In this document: in pieces, positions 39,783 to 50,333 of the stretch
How positions within the stretch are numbered: the stretch's first letter is position 1
How the letters are laid out: each line of letters begins with the position of its first letter
Origin: an uncultured Chloroflexia bacterium
GTDB taxonomy: Bacteria; Chloroflexota; Limnocylindria; Limnocylindrales; CSP1-4
Length of the DNA stretch: 64,000 nt
Assembly: GCA_963717255.1 (NCBI GenBank)
Contig: CAVQVT010000008.1
Span: 4,134-68,133 of the forward strand
Reading direction: 5' to 3'
Translations under genes and position numbers: made by a program
The notes under the pieces: generated by a model
Databases searched by the model: none
Seen by the model: the letters and a program-made list of their open reading frames with translations, nothing else
What the model was told of the DNA's origin: nothing

Positions 39783-39857
39783 TCGGCCCAAGCGTCCGAC
39801 GGCCACCCTGCGGGACGGGCCTGGCGGACTTGTCGTCGGCCACCGACCGACCGAGGG

Positions 39858-40265
39858 TCAGGCCTCGCCGACGGGCACGAGGCGAAGGATCGGGATGGAC
39901 CGGTCCGTCGCGCGACGGTACTGGTCGTACCCGGGCTGGACCTCCACGATCCGCCGCCACGCCTCCGCGGCTTCGTCGGGCGGGAGTACCACGGCCCTGA
40001 CCGCCACCGCCCGCCCGTCGACCTCGACGCGGGCGTGCGGGTCGGCACGGAGGTTGTGGTACCAACCTGGATGGCGGCTTCCGCCGTCGTTCGCGGCCGC
40101 GACGATCATCGCGTCGCCGTGTGGGAAGTACCGGAGGACGAGCGTGCGCTCCTTGCCCGTCCGGCGACCTCGCGTCGTGAGGACCAGCACCTCCACGTGC
40201 CACAGCCGGGCGATGCGGCCGCCGGTGCGCCGGACGAGCCACACGCCGAGCGGCCCGAGGCGCAG
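39858..40265 (-). CDS. Deazaflavin (F420H2)-dependent nitroreductase family protein (DDN-like). Probable non-canonical CTG start.
   Basis: VLVLTTRGRRTGKERTLVLRYFPHGDAMIVAAANDGGSRHPGWYHNLRADPHARVEV... is the family signature. A strong GGGAGGGAGG (40280-40271) lies 5 nt before the CTG at 40265. The only ATG/GTG upstream (40484) would overlap the flavodoxin gene by 95 nt. Confidence 0.7.
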   Translation of the reverse strand: MRLGPLGVWLVRRTGGRIARLWHVEVLVLTTRGRRTGKERTLVLRYFPHGDAMIVAAANDGGSRHPGWYHNLRADPHARVEVDGRAVAVRAVVLPPDEAAEAWRRIVEVQPGYDQYRRATDRSIPILRLVPVGEA

Positions 40266-40389
40266 ATCGGCCTCCCTCCCGAGACGGAGCGCGATCCGCT
40301 CGCGCCGGGAGAGAGGGCGGTCGGCCGCGAGCCGGACCCGTCGCCGGCGGTGCTCGGAGCCGGATCGGGGGGCACCGTCAGGCGGCCGG

Positions 40390-40932
40390 TCACCGGGCGA
40401 CGGATGGAGCGAGGGCCGTGGCGATCTCGTCGGCCCACGCGTCGATCGCGTCCCAGTCGCGGAAGTCACCCACGGGCGTCGCATCGCGCGCGGCGGGCAT
40501 CATGCGGACGAACCGCTCGCCGATCCCCACCGGCTTCTGGCCCGGATCGTAGGCGCCGAAGAAGACCTTCTCGCCCCTCGGATGGATCGCGGTCCTGAGC
40601 TGGGCGAACTCCTTGGGAACGGTCGTCTCCAGGACGTCACGGCCCTCCTTGTCGACCAGGTCCGTCCCGAGCGGCCCGCTCGTGAAGAGCCACGTGGGAC
40701 GCGACGCCAGCAGCGAGCCGTTCCGCCGCACGAACGCCGTCGCGTCGCCCAGCCAGTGGAACATGTACGCGGCTGCGCCCACTACGAACGCGTCGTAGCG
40801 GGACGGGTCGGTGACCGTCGCAGCGGGAGCGACGTCCGCCTCCAGACCGTGGGCGCGCAGCCGCTCGCCGACGCGCTCCGCGATGCCGCGTGTCGCACCG
40901 TGTCGGGTCGCGTAGGCAACGAGAACGGTCAT
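40390..40932 (-). CDS. Flavodoxin-domain protein (HemG/flavodoxin-like)
   Basis: MTVLVAYATRHGATRGIAERVGERL...YDAFVVGAAAYMFHW. RBS GGGAGG. Confidence 0.75.
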   Translation of the reverse strand: MTVLVAYATRHGATRGIAERVGERLRAHGLEADVAPAATVTDPSRYDAFVVGAAAYMFHWLGDATAFVRRNGSLLASRPTWLFTSGPLGTDLVDKEGRDVLETTVPKEFAQLRTAIHPRGEKVFFGAYDPGQKPVGIGERFVRMMPAARDATPVGDFRDWDAIDAWADEIATALAPSVAR

Positions 40933-41094
40933 CTTCCTGCCTCCCGGCGTGAGGGGCGTGGCCCGGCGCCTCCGGAGCATGGCCGTGGCGCGTCAACGTC
41001 GTGTTACCGAGCCCTCCCCTCCGGTCGTCGGGGTGTCGCGGCGACGCATCATCGTGGTGCGCCGCCGCGCTCACGGCGTGGGCCCGGCGGCCGG

Positions 41095-41505
41095 TCAGGG
41101 GGTTCGCCCTCCGCGCGCAACTGCGGCGCCGAGCGTCGTCATGACGGCTCCGGTGACGAGGAACACGACCTCCGTCGGGGACACGATCTCGCCGTCGCCG
41201 GTGAGCACCGCCATCTCGCCGACGATCCACGCGACCAGGACGGCGCCCGCGATGACGGACGCTCGCCCACCGCCCCGCGCTCCCCGGACGACGGCCACGG
41301 TGGCGACCGCCGCGCAGCCGCCGACCGCCACCGCGAGGATGAGCCCGGGCGCCACGTAGTCGGCGAAGGGTGTCCCCTCCAGCCACGCGAGCGGGAACCG
41401 GCCACCCTCCATGCCCAGCGCGAGGGCGAGACCCCCTCCGATGGCGGCGAGCGCGACGAACGCGTCGACGATGACGAGCGCGGCGCGCGGCGCGGCGGGC
41501 CTCAC
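41095..41505 (-). CDS. Hypothetical membrane protein
   Basis: 136-aa ORF with 4 predicted TM helices (ALVIVDAFVALAAIGGGLALAL, LILAVAVGGCAAVATVAVV ...). Confidence 0.5.
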   Translation of the reverse strand: MRPAAPRAALVIVDAFVALAAIGGGLALALGMEGGRFPLAWLEGTPFADYVAPGLILAVAVGGCAAVATVAVVRGARGGGRASVIAGAVLVAWIVGEMAVLTGDGEIVSPTEVVFLVTGAVMTTLGAAVARGGRTP

Positions 41506-41820
41506 CGGGCGGCGACCTGGGATCGCGTCGGGACACGCACCATGGTCTGACCATAGTGCAGCAGCGACGCTCGCCGCGGCGGCCGCCTCAGCCGGAGCGG
41601 CGCTGGGTCGCCGGGAGAGGGGTCAACCGGTGCCGTCGATGTCGCAGGCGAGGAGTCGGACGGAGGGGAGCCCTTCGTCCTCCCGTCGTGCGAGCGCTTC
41701 GATCTCGCCGGCCTCCCAGGGATGGCAAGAGGCACGGCACCGCCGCCGGACGCGGAGGCATCCGGCGGCGCGAGGGGCGGAGACCGGACCCGTGGCCCCG
41801 GCCGAAGACCCGCGGCCCGC

Positions 41821-42138
41821 CTAGGACATCGCGAAGGTCTCGCCGACGCGGATGGTGCCCCCGGCGTCGAGAAGCGGGCACCCGGAGGCGATCTCGAGCG
41901 CCTGGGCGATGTCGCCAGCCGCGATGACGGAGTAGCCCCCGACCGGGTCGGGCCCGGCCTCGTCGGTGACCGAGCCATCCGGGCGGATCGTGCGGATCAT
42001 GCCCACGGGGTCGCCGGTAACGACCACCGCCGGCCCCAGAGAGGCGAACCACTCGTCCCACGCGGCGGTCGCGGCGGCGCGTTCGTCATCGGATTCGGGC
42101 ATCTCGCCGCCGTGGTACGTCAGGAGGTACGTCGCCAT
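41821..42138 (-). CDS. YCII-related domain protein
   Basis: MATYLLTYHGGEMPESDDERAAATAAWDEWFASLG...GGYSVIAAGDIAQALEIASGCPLLDAGGTIRVGE. Confidence 0.6.
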   Translation of the reverse strand: MATYLLTYHGGEMPESDDERAAATAAWDEWFASLGPAVVVTGDPVGMIRTIRPDGSVTDEAGPDPVGGYSVIAAGDIAQALEIASGCPLLDAGGTIRVGETFAMS

Positions 42139-42483
42139 CGTCAGCCTCGTTCGTCGCCGTCGGTCCTGCCTGCGCCCGGGAGGTCCGGGTGCAGCGCCGA
42201 CGCTGGCCACACCGTGGTGTCAGAGCGTTAGCGGCGTATGTCGGCGGCTTGAACGATCCGACGGGAGGGACGAGCCGCGCGGCTCCGAGCGGATCGTCGC
42301 GGCGCGGGCGATCGACGGCCGATCCGGGCGCCGCTCGCGCACGTGGGCACCCGCGCGGAGGGACGTCCGGACCGACCGCATGCGCCAGCCTACGCCGGGC
42401 CGTGTCGCGCCGCCCGGCGCCCGCGCCGTGCAGTACGATGCGGCCGGTCCCACCCGCACACGCCCCGCGGCGAGGAGCACACC

Positions 42484-43164
42484 ATGCCCGAGCCCCTCGA
42501 GACCGGCGCTACCTGGCGGCCCGACCCGGTCCGCTGGCCCCGGTTCCACGTCTCGTGCCACCCGGCGGTCCTGCACAAGCTGGGGATCCTCCGGGACGAG
42601 AAGACCGAGCCCAAGAAGTTCCGCGAGATCGTCCGGGAGCTCTCCTGGCTCCTCGGCTACGAGGCCCTCGCGGACGTGAGCACGAAGCCGATCGCGATCC
42701 GGACACCGATCGAGCCGATGGAGTCCGACGAGCTCGCCGTTCGGATCGGCCTGGTCCCGATCCTGCGGGCCGGCCTGGGCATGGTCGACGCCATGCTCGA
42801 GCTCATGCCCACCGCCGAGGTCTGGCACCTCGGCCTCTTCCGCGATGAGCGGACGCTCCGGCCCGTCGAGTACTACAACAAGCTGCCCGATTCGGCGACC
42901 GTGGACCTGTCGCTGATCCTCGACCCCATGCTCGCGACCGGCGGGTCGGCGACGGCGGCGATCGAGGTCCTCAAGCGCTGGGGCGCCGCCCGGATCAAGC
43001 TCGTGAATCTCATCGCCGCGCCCGAGGGCGTGGACGCGGTCACCAAGGCGCACCCGGACGTGGAGATGCACTGCGCGGCCCTGGACCGGCAGCTCAACGA
43101 GCGCGGCTACATCATGCCGGGGCTCGGCGACGCGGGGGACCGCCAGTTCGGGACGTCGTACTGA
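42484..43164 (+). CDS. upp: Uracil phosphoribosyltransferase
   Basis: [36 protein letters not shown]...[11 protein letters not shown]...[12 protein letters not shown]...[16 protein letters not shown]. Confidence 0.93.
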   Translation: MPEPLETGATWRPDPVRWPRFHVSCHPAVLHKLGILRDEKTEPKKFREIVRELSWLLGYEALADVSTKPIAIRTPIEPMESDELAVRIGLVPILRAGLGMVDAMLELMPTAEVWHLGLFRDERTLRPVEYYNKLPDSATVDLSLILDPMLATGGSATAAIEVLKRWGAARIKLVNLIAAPEGVDAVTKAHPDVEMHCAALDRQLNERGYIMPGLGDAGDRQFGTSY

Positions 43165-43166
43165 CC

Positions 43167-44594
43167 GTGACGCGGGCGTCGCTCGCGCCCTTCCTGGTCG
43201 CGCCGCGGGTCGCCCCGGCGCTGGACCCGGGGTTCCGGCCAGCCGTCCTGGCCCGGCGCGCGCTGGCTGCCGCCGTCGAGGGATCAGGCGCCGCGGTCCC
43301 GGTCGCCCTGGCGATCGAGCAGCCGGGCGGATCGGTCTCCGTCCGCGAGACCTCGGTCTTCGCCGACGGCCACCCGGACGCTCCTGCCGGTCACGCCGCA
43401 TGCGAGCGGCTCGCGAAGACGCTTCTCTGGTCGCGCGGCGGGCACCGGATCTGGGTGGACGGGCCGATGAGCCTGGTCGACGCGCTCCGCCGTCACTACG
43501 CCGAGGACGCGACGGGTCGGTTCGACGATCGGGTCATCGCGACCACGGTCTTCGGGTCTCCCCTGGAGGTCGTCGCCGCGCCCCGCGCGTCGTTCCCGGT
43601 CGACCGTGCGGCGACGTCCAGCCTCGGCGGACACCTGGACGGCTGCCGGATCGGATTCGACCTCGGGGCGAGCGACCGCAAGGCCGCCGCGGTGATCGAC
43701 GGGGAGGTCGTCGACAGCGAGGAGATCGGCTGGGATCCGTCGAGCCACGCCGACCCACAGTGGCACTTCGACGGGATCATGGACTCCCTCCGTCGCGCTG
43801 CCGCGCACCTGCCGCGCGTGGACGCGATCGGCGGCAGCGCGGCCGGGATCTACGTCGACAACGAGGTCCGCGCGGCCTCCCTGTTCCGCTCCGTCCCGCC
43901 CGAGGCGTTCGACCGGCGCGTTCGCGGCCTGTTCCACGAGATGCGGGCCGCCTGGGGCGGGATCCCGTTCGTGGTCGTGAACGACGGCGAGGTGACGGCG
44001 CTCGCCGGGGCGATGGGCGCGAGCGTCGGCGGGCTCCTGGGCATCGCGATGGGCTCGAGCGAGGCGGCCGGGTACGTGACGCAGGGGGGCGGCCTGACGC
44101 CCTGGATCGACGAGCTCGCCTTCGTCCCGATCGACCTCCGGCCGGACGCGCCGGTCGACGAGTGGTCCGGTGACCGAGGCAGCGGCGTCCAGTACCTCTC
44201 CCAGCAGGCGGTCGGACGCCTGCTCCCCGCGGCGGGGATCGAGGTGGACCCGGATTCGAGCCTCCCCGAGCGCCTCGTCCTGCTGCAGCGGCTGATGGCC
44301 GGAGGCGACGCGCGGGCAGCCCGCGTCTACGACACGATCGGCGCCTACCTGGGGTACGCGCTCCTCGAGTACCGCGACTGGTACGACGTCGAGCACGTGC
44401 TCGTCCTGGGCCGCGTGACGACGGGATGCGGTGGCGATCTCATCCTCGAGCGCGCCCGCGAGGTCCTCGACGCGGAAGGCCCGGCGTTCTCGGCCGCGAC
44501 GACCTTCCACGCGGTCTCAGAGCGCGACAAGCGGCACGGCCAGGCCGTCGCGGCCGCCAGCCTGCCGGAGATCCCTCGAGGCGTCCGGGTGTAG
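43167..44594 (+). CDS. ROK/ASKHA-fold sugar-kinase-like protein with an N-terminal extension of about 150 aa
   Basis: RIGFDLGASDRKAAAVIDGEVV...VVVNDGEVTALAGAMG...LGIAMGSSEAAGYV. The family assignment was made by eye only. Confidence 0.45.
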   Translation: MTRASLAPFLVAPRVAPALDPGFRPAVLARRALAAAVEGSGAAVPVALAIEQPGGSVSVRETSVFADGHPDAPAGHAACERLAKTLLWSRGGHRIWVDGPMSLVDALRRHYAEDATGRFDDRVIATTVFGSPLEVVAAPRASFPVDRAATSSLGGHLDGCRIGFDLGASDRKAAAVIDGEVVDSEEIGWDPSSHADPQWHFDGIMDSLRRAAAHLPRVDAIGGSAAGIYVDNEVRAASLFRSVPPEAFDRRVRGLFHEMRAAWGGIPFVVVNDGEVTALAGAMGASVGGLLGIAMGSSEAAGYVTQGGGLTPWIDELAFVPIDLRPDAPVDEWSGDRGSGVQYLSQQAVGRLLPAAGIEVDPDSSLPERLVLLQRLMAGGDARAARVYDTIGAYLGYALLEYRDWYDVEHVLVLGRVTTGCGGDLILERAREVLDAEGPAFSAATTFHAVSERDKRHGQAVAAASLPEIPRGVRV

Positions 44595-44606
44595 GTCTCC
44601 GCCCCC

Positions 44607-45917
44607 TCAGGGATTCGCCGAGGCGGACGGGGCCTCGTCAGACGGTGCCGGCTCCGCCGACGCGTCGGCCGGGGCCGTCCCATCTTCCGCGTCCGCCGGG
44701 GGCACGAGCGGCAGATCGTCGCGCGGCACGAAGTCCTTCCCGTAGATGTCCAGCGTCGGGCCGAGCGCCGCGAGCACCGCGTCCACGAGGTCGTTCGTAA
44801 AGGTGAGCCCCGAAGCGCCCTCGACGCCTGCATCGGCCGCCGCCTTCAGGGTGCGATCCCACGCCGCCGGATCGATGTGGGCGATCCCGTCGGGAGCCGG
44901 GAAGAGCAGGCGGTCGAGCTGGTCGATCGACCACGCGAGCCCCTCGGGCGTCCGGTCGCTCTGGGCTGACGCCGCCCCCGCACAGTCCTCCACGGCCTGG
45001 CCGCAGGCGATCTGTGACTGCGCGACGACCCCGAGGAACGCGGTGATCGCCGGCCCGAGGGCCGGGTCGGCGATGTCCGTCGACCGGGCCCACACCAGCT
45101 CGCCGAGCGGCTCCTCGCCCGCGGGCCAGATCGGCGATTCCGTCCAGCCGGCCGGATCGCCGCCGTTCAGGACCACGGCCTCGACGATCCGGGCCCAGCC
45201 GTCGTACGCCGAGACGGCCGCTGCGCTCGCGGTCCCGTCGAAGAGGGGCGTCGGGTCGAACGGAGCGCCCGGGTCCTCGGGGATCGTGATCGTGACGCTC
45301 GCCGGATCGACGCCCGCCGCCGCGAGCGCGGCGCGCAGCGCCGCGGCGGAGGCCGCCGTGTCGGCGAGGATGGTCGCGCCGCCGAGGTCGCCGAGCGGCG
45401 CGCCCGCCAGCGACGCGGGAAGGGCGAGGACCGTGGCGTCGCGGCCGGTGATCTCGCCGACCGCCTCGAGGTCCAAGCCGGCGGCCTTCGCCGGGGCGAC
45501 GTCGGCGGCCGACCCGATCCAGAGGGTGACGGAGTCCGCCGCCGGCTCGACCGAGAACGGGTCGTATCCGGCGATCGGCGGTGCGATGTCGATGACCAGG
45601 TTCGAATCCGTGTACGCGTCGAGCGCCTGGGCGTACTGGAGGCCGGCGTCGGCCGCGTTGAAGCCGCGGAACAGGCGCGCGGAGACGCTCGTCTTGTTCT
45701 CCGGCCTCAGCGCGACGGCCGGAGCCGCGGTCGGGGTGGGCGCGGGCGTTCCGCCGGGACTGCCGTCCCCGAGGTCGGGGTTCTCCGCGGCGATCGGTGG
45801 CCGGCAGGCGGCGGCCACCGCGCAGACGGACAGCGCGAGGAGGAAGGCCGCGCACGCCGCACGGCGCGACCGCCGGCCGCGGCCGGCGACGTCGCCCCCT
45901 CGCCCGGGGTCGCTCAC
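44607..45917 (-). CDS. Predicted lipoprotein, periplasmic substrate-binding-protein-like, function unknown
   Basis: The GTG at 45917 overlaps the pstB2 stop (GTGA). Signal peptide plus lipobox [16 protein letters not shown]. About 420-aa mature part, with a Pro/Ala/Asp-rich C-terminal tail. Confidence 0.6.
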   Translation of the reverse strand: MSDPGRGGDVAGRGRRSRRAACAAFLLALSVCAVAAACRPPIAAENPDLGDGSPGGTPAPTPTAAPAVALRPENKTSVSARLFRGFNAADAGLQYAQALDAYTDSNLVIDIAPPIAGYDPFSVEPAADSVTLWIGSAADVAPAKAAGLDLEAVGEITGRDATVLALPASLAGAPLGDLGGATILADTAASAAALRAALAAAGVDPASVTITIPEDPGAPFDPTPLFDGTASAAAVSAYDGWARIVEAVVLNGGDPAGWTESPIWPAGEEPLGELVWARSTDIADPALGPAITAFLGVVAQSQIACGQAVEDCAGAASAQSDRTPEGLAWSIDQLDRLLFPAPDGIAHIDPAAWDRTLKAAADAGVEGASGLTFTNDLVDAVLAALGPTLDIYGKDFVPRDDLPLVPPADAEDGTAPADASAEPAPSDEAPSASANP

Positions 45918-46786
45918 CCGAACCGTCCCGAGACGTACGCCTCGGTGAGCGGGTCGTCGGGCGCGGCGAAGATCCGGGAGGTCTCCCCCGCTTCGACGAG
46001 GTACCCGGCCCGGTCCTCGCCCATCGAGAAGAAGGCCGTCACGTCGCTCACCCGGGCCGCCTGCTGCATGTTGTGCGTGACGATCACGATCGTGTACGTC
46101 CCCTCGAGCTCGTGCATGAGCTCCTCGATCCGGGCGGTCGAGACGGGGTCGAGCGCCGAGCACGGCTCGTCCATGAGGATGACCTCGGGCTCCACCGCGA
46201 TCGACCGGGCGATGCAGAGGCGCTGCTGCTGGCCGCCCGACAGCGACGTCCCGGGCTGCCTGAGCTTGTCTCGGACCTCGTCCCAGAGCGCCGAGCGTCG
46301 GAGGCTCTCCTCCACCTTCCCGTCGAGCACCGACCTGCTCCGCTCGCCGGTCAGGCGCAGACCGGACGCGACGTTGTCGTAGATCGACATCGCCGGGAAG
46401 GGGTTGGGCTTCTGGAAGACCATCCCGATCGTCCGCCGGACGCGGACGGCGCTGACATCGGGCCGGTAGAGGTCGATCCCGTCGAGCAGGACGTGCCCCT
46501 CGATCCGGGCGCCGGCGATCGTCTCGTGCATCCGGTTGATCGAGCGGAGAAGCGTGCTCTTGCCGCAGCCGGACGGACCGATGAGCGCCGTGATCGCGCG
46601 CGGGCGGATCTTGAGAGAGACGTCGCGGACCGCGCGGAACGTCCCGTAGTACGCGTTCAACAGGCCGAGCTCGAGGCCGCCGACGTCGTCGGCAGCGCCG
46701 TCGCCGGCCGGCGCGTCGGCTGCCGGCTTCTCGGCGACGAGCGGGCGGATGGTCGGAGTTCCTTTCCCGGGATCGATCGCGTCCAC
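45914..46786 (-). CDS. pstB: Phosphate import ATP-binding protein PstB (second copy)
   Basis: [71 protein letters not shown]. The GTG at 46786 lies just after the pstA2 stop. Confidence 0.92.
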   Translation of the reverse strand: MDAIDPGKGTPTIRPLVAEKPAADAPAGDGAADDVGGLELGLLNAYYGTFRAVRDVSLKIRPRAITALIGPSGCGKSTLLRSINRMHETIAGARIEGHVLLDGIDLYRPDVSAVRVRRTIGMVFQKPNPFPAMSIYDNVASGLRLTGERSRSVLDGKVEESLRRSALWDEVRDKLRQPGTSLSGGQQQRLCIARSIAVEPEVILMDEPCSALDPVSTARIEELMHELEGTYTIVIVTHNMQQAARVSDVTAFFSMGEDRAGYLVEAGETSRIFAAPDDPLTEAYVSGRFG

Positions 46787-46788
46787 GT

Positions 46789-47709
46789 CTATTCCACCCG
46801 TGATGAGATGCTGCGGCCGCGGACGAGCACGTTGATCGCTAGCACGATGGCGAGCAGGACGATGGCGGCGGACCACGCCTGCGAGACGTAGAGGTCGTTC
46901 GGCAGGCGGGAGTACTGGTAGACGAAGAGGGGCAACGCGGCCATGGGCGACTGCCAGTCGCCGACGTTCAGCGCCTCCGAGCCGCGCGCGGTGAACAGCA
47001 GCGGTGCGGTCTCCCCGAACCCTCGCGCGAACGCAAGCATGAGCCCGGTGAGCAGTCCGGCCCTGGCGACGGGCATGACGACCGAGACGACCGTCCGCCA
47101 CTGGGCGATCCCCAGCGCGAGCGACGCCTCGCGGATCGACCCGGGGACCAGGCGCATGACCTCCTCGGTCGCGCGGATGACGATCGGGAACATGATCACC
47201 GCGAGCGCCAGGGCGCCGGCGATGGCCGATGAGCCGGTCCAGTAGGTGACGATCGTGGCGTAGAGGAGCACGCCCGCGAGGATCGACGGCACGCCGAGCA
47301 GCACGTCGACGAGGAAGGTCCCGCCGACCGCGAACCGCGAGCTCGCGAACTCCGCCAGGTAGATGCCGGCGAGGATCCCGAGCGTTCCGCCGATGAGGAG
47401 TCCCACGGGCACCATCTGGAGCGACCCGAGGATCGCGTTGAGCGCACCTGGGCTCTCCGTGTCGCCGGAGCTGTGGGTGAGGAAATCGATGGTGAGCGTC
47501 GGCAGGCCTCGGACCAGCACGTATCCCACGATCGCGACGAGGGGGATGATGACGATGATGGCCGCGGCCAGGGCCACGAACCGCATCACGACGTCGACCA
47601 CCTGGCGTCGCAGCTCGTGGCCGGGCTGGCGACCGAGGAGGCGTTCCTCGGCGGTCCGATGGGGCGGAGCCGGGATCGCGCCCGGGGCGGTCAGCCCCTC
47701 CCCGCTCAC
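46789..47709 (-). CDS. pstA: Phosphate ABC transporter permease PstA (second copy)
   Basis: [42 protein letters not shown]. Lies in operon position. Confidence 0.9.
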   Translation of the reverse strand: MSGEGLTAPGAIPAPPHRTAEERLLGRQPGHELRRQVVDVVMRFVALAAAIIVIIPLVAIVGYVLVRGLPTLTIDFLTHSSGDTESPGALNAILGSLQMVPVGLLIGGTLGILAGIYLAEFASSRFAVGGTFLVDVLLGVPSILAGVLLYATIVTYWTGSSAIAGALALAVIMFPIVIRATEEVMRLVPGSIREASLALGIAQWRTVVSVVMPVARAGLLTGLMLAFARGFGETAPLLFTARGSEALNVGDWQSPMAALPLFVYQYSRLPNDLYVSQAWSAAIVLLAIVLAINVLVRGRSISSRVE

Positions 47710-48725
47710 CCGACGCCCTGGTAGGCGCCGCCGAGGCGGCGGGCGGCGACCCGGACGATGACGGAGAGGACGACGCTCACGACGAGGAGGACGACACCGA
47801 GCGCGAGCAGTCCGGCCAGCTCGACGCGATCGGTCACGTCAGGGAGGTTCGTCGCGATCTTCGAGGCGATGGACTGGCCGGGCTGGAAGATGGTCGACGG
47901 GACCTGGTCCACGTTCCCGATGACCATCGTGACCGCGATCGTCTCCCCGAGCGCGCGCCCGAACGCGAGCATGACCCCGCCGAGGATCCCGATGCGCGCC
48001 GTCGGGAGGATCACGTGGCGGATCGTCTCCCAGCGGGTCGCACCGAGGCCGGTGTAGCCCTCGCGCAGCGAGAGCGGGACAGAGCGGATGACCTCGCGCG
48101 AGACCGCCACGACCATCGGGACGATCATCACGGCGAGGACCATCCCGGCCGTGAACACGCTGAACCGCGTCGGGTTGGCGGGGTCCTCGGCGAAGAACGG
48201 GATCACCTGGCCGATCGTCGACGCGATCCACCACTGGATCGTGTCCCGGGTGAAGAGCGAGAACACGTAGAGGCCCCAGATCCCGATGACGACGCTGGGG
48301 ATCGCGGCGATGAGCTCGACGATGAAGGTCAGGACGATCGAGATCCGACGGGGGGCGTACTCGACGAGGAAGACGGCCACCAGGACCCCGAGCGGCGCGG
48401 CGACCACGAGCCCGATGAGAGACGAGAGGACCGTCCCGGCGATCATCGGAAGGGCCCCGATCTCCACCGACACCTCGCCGGTCACCGGGTCGACGTAGTT
48501 GGGCGCCCATGTCGTGTTCGTCAGGAAGGGCACGACGCCGTACTCGGACCAGATCGGCCACGACTGGGCGACGAGCACGGCGAAGAGCAGGACGAGCAGG
48601 GCCCCCGCCGCGAGGACCGCGATCAGCGTGGTCCGCTGGAAGATGACGTCGATCAGCGACGTGCGCCCGTGCGACAGGCCGGCGAGCCGGTCCGCGCCGG
48701 GCTCGCCGGCGGCGAGCTGATTCAA
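47706..48725 (-). CDS. pstC: Phosphate ABC transporter permease PstC (second copy). Start uncertain: TTG at 48725 proposed.
   Basis: [42 protein letters not shown]. The ATG at 48905 would overlap pstS2 by 86 nt. The TTG at 48725 is preceded by GGGAG. Confidence 0.85.
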   Translation of the reverse strand: MNQLAAGEPGADRLAGLSHGRTSLIDVIFQRTTLIAVLAAGALLVLLFAVLVAQSWPIWSEYGVVPFLTNTTWAPNYVDPVTGEVSVEIGALPMIAGTVLSSLIGLVVAAPLGVLVAVFLVEYAPRRISIVLTFIVELIAAIPSVVIGIWGLYVFSLFTRDTIQWWIASTIGQVIPFFAEDPANPTRFSVFTAGMVLAVMIVPMVVAVSREVIRSVPLSLREGYTGLGATRWETIRHVILPTARIGILGGVMLAFGRALGETIAVTMVIGNVDQVPSTIFQPGQSIASKIATNLPDVTDRVELAGLLALGVVLLVVSVVLSVIVRVAARRLGGAYQGVG

Positions 48726-48755
48726 CGGACGTTGCTCCCGTCGGGGGGAATGAAT

Positions 48756-48788
48756 GGGCCGCCGGCGGCCGAGACCCGCCGGCGGCCC
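48756..48788. terminator. Perfect 13-bp stem hairpin between pstS2 and pstC2
   Basis: GGGCCGCCGGCGG-ccgagac-CCGCCGGCGGCCC read directly. Confidence 0.55.
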
Positions 48789-48819
48789 GTGTCGAGGAGG
48801 GCCGGGGCCCTCGTCGGGG

Positions 48820-50088
48820 CTACGGCCAGACCTTGTCCGGTCCGTACGTGATCGTGTGCAGCGCGGCGGTCGCGGCAGCGCGGACGTTGGGCGGGAGCGG
48901 CGCATAGCCGAGCCTGCCCATCGTCGACTGGCCGCTCGACAGCGCCCAGGCCCAGAAAGCCACCATGGCCTGGGTCTTCTTCAGGCCGGGGTCGTTCGCG
49001 CCCTTGTAGTCACCGTAGAGCATGACCCACGTGTACCCGCTGATCGGATACGAGGTGGCGCCCTTCTGATTCACGGGCTGGTAGAACGCACCCGACTCGG
49101 TGGTCCCCGGGTTGACCGGGTCATCGGCGGTGCCGGCCTTGTAGGCGACCGCCGCGGCGGCCTGGGCCCCGGAGATCGTCGGCGGGACGAAGTACTTCTT
49201 GCTCGTGTCGCCGGTGCGCATCCAGGCGGTCTTCAGCTCCAGCTGCAGCGCGTAGCCGAGCTCGACGTAGCCGATCGCGCCGCGGTCCTGGCTGACCGTC
49301 GCCGAGACGCCCTCGTTGCCCGGGGCGCCGACGGCGTTCGCCTTGGACGGCATGGTCGCGATCTTGTCGGCCATCGTCTGCGACGGCTTGTTGCCCAGGG
49401 CGGCCTTCCACGGCGCGCTCACCTTGTTGAGGTACGACGTGAAGATGAACGAGGTCCCCGACCCGTCCGAGCGGTAGACCGGCTCGATCGTCGAGCCCGG
49501 AAGGTTCGTGATCAGCGGGTTGAGCGCCTTGATCTTGGCGTCGTTCCACTTCGTGATCGTCCCGTTGTAGATCGCACCGAGGGTCGGCCCGTCGAGCAGG
49601 AGGGTGGCCGCGCGGGTCGTCTTGCTCGTCTTGCTGACCTTCTGCTTCAGGCCGGGAAGGTTGTAGACGACGGCGACGGGACCCAGGGCACTCGGGACCA
49701 TCACGTACTTGCCGACGTTCTTCGTCACGTTGGCCAGGTCGTCGTTGGACAGGAGCGCGTCCGTCCCGCTGAACATCTGCGCGGGCTTGCGCGCGTCGCT
49801 GCCGTAGAAGTTCTTCTTGCCGGCTCCCGAGCCGACCGCCGAGTAGGAGAGGACGATCCCCTTGGAGGGGTCGCCGCTCGCGTCGAAGGTGCCCGGGTAC
49901 TTGCGGGAGAACTGCGTCATCCAGGCCTTGTACAGGAGGGCCGGGAAGGTCGCGCCGGAGCCGCCGATGGTGCCGGTCTCCCCGGTCGGGATCGTCGGGT
50001 CCGCGGCGGCGACGGGGCCGATCGTCATGGTCAGGGTCGCGACGGCTGCGACCACCGCGATGGCCCACCTGCGAGAACGCTTGATCAC
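48820..50088 (-). CDS. pstS: Phosphate ABC transporter substrate-binding protein PstS (second copy, classical PstS type), intact
   Basis: Signal peptide, then GSGATFPALLYKAWMTQF...YSAVGSGAGKKNF...SGTD...RSDGSGTSFIFT. Confidence 0.9.
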   Translation of the reverse strand: MIKRSRRWAIAVVAAVATLTMTIGPVAAADPTIPTGETGTIGGSGATFPALLYKAWMTQFSRKYPGTFDASGDPSKGIVLSYSAVGSGAGKKNFYGSDARKPAQMFSGTDALLSNDDLANVTKNVGKYVMVPSALGPVAVVYNLPGLKQKVSKTSKTTRAATLLLDGPTLGAIYNGTITKWNDAKIKALNPLITNLPGSTIEPVYRSDGSGTSFIFTSYLNKVSAPWKAALGNKPSQTMADKIATMPSKANAVGAPGNEGVSATVSQDRGAIGYVELGYALQLELKTAWMRTGDTSKKYFVPPTISGAQAAAAVAYKAGTADDPVNPGTTESGAFYQPVNQKGATSYPISGYTWVMLYGDYKGANDPGLKKTQAMVAFWAWALSSGQSTMGRLGYAPLPPNVRAAATAALHTITYGPDKVWP

Positions 50089-50186
50089 GGGTTCCTCTCC
50101 TCACGATGCCGTGAGCGCGGTCGACCGCCGGCATCCGGCTCCGCGGCGAGGTTCCCGCGTTGGGGTGTCCGGCCGATGTGCAATCC

Positions 50187-50235
50187 GTGAACGACTGTTT
50201 CCGTTGTTCACGGAAACCAGGTGAACGCCGTTCAC
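50187..50235. promoter_or_regulatory. Cluster of four GTGAAC/GTTCAC hexamers forming two inverted pairs, 100-147 nt upstream of pstS2
   Basis: GTGAAC 50187, GTTCAC 50206, GTGAAC 50221 and GTTCAC 50230 read directly. There is a nested GTTTCCG/CGGAAAC inverted repeat. Confidence 0.5.
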
Positions 50236-50333
50236 ACCATGGCGGAGACGCCTGCCGCGGACACGCGATGGCCGGCCCACGCGGGCCGGCCATCGGCTCG
50301 ATGTCGATCCGCCGGGCTCCGCCCGGCGCGCCT

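Noticed and set aside
34524-39806. 1760-aa minus-strand ORF in the track
   Set aside because: Only the last 326 codons (34524-35504) form a credible J-domain gene. The rest is Arg/Pro/Gly-rich, lies antisense or out of frame to clearly recognisable genes (asparaginase II, pfk, CHAD2), and is typical of stop-poor alternate frames in high-GC DNA.
42434-42439. TACGAT hexamer upstream of upp, identical to the one before the DUF971 gene, as a possible shared promoter element
   Set aside because: A single 6-mer match (context agTACGATg) is too weak to call a promoter without TSS data. It is kept only as context for the DUF971 leaderless hypothesis.
45598-45612. GGTTCGAATCC, a perfect match to the tRNA T-loop consensus
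   Set aside because: The flanking bases cannot form a T-stem (CCAGG versus CCGTG) or an acceptor arm. The site lies in frame inside the lipoprotein CDS (…DSNLVIDI…).
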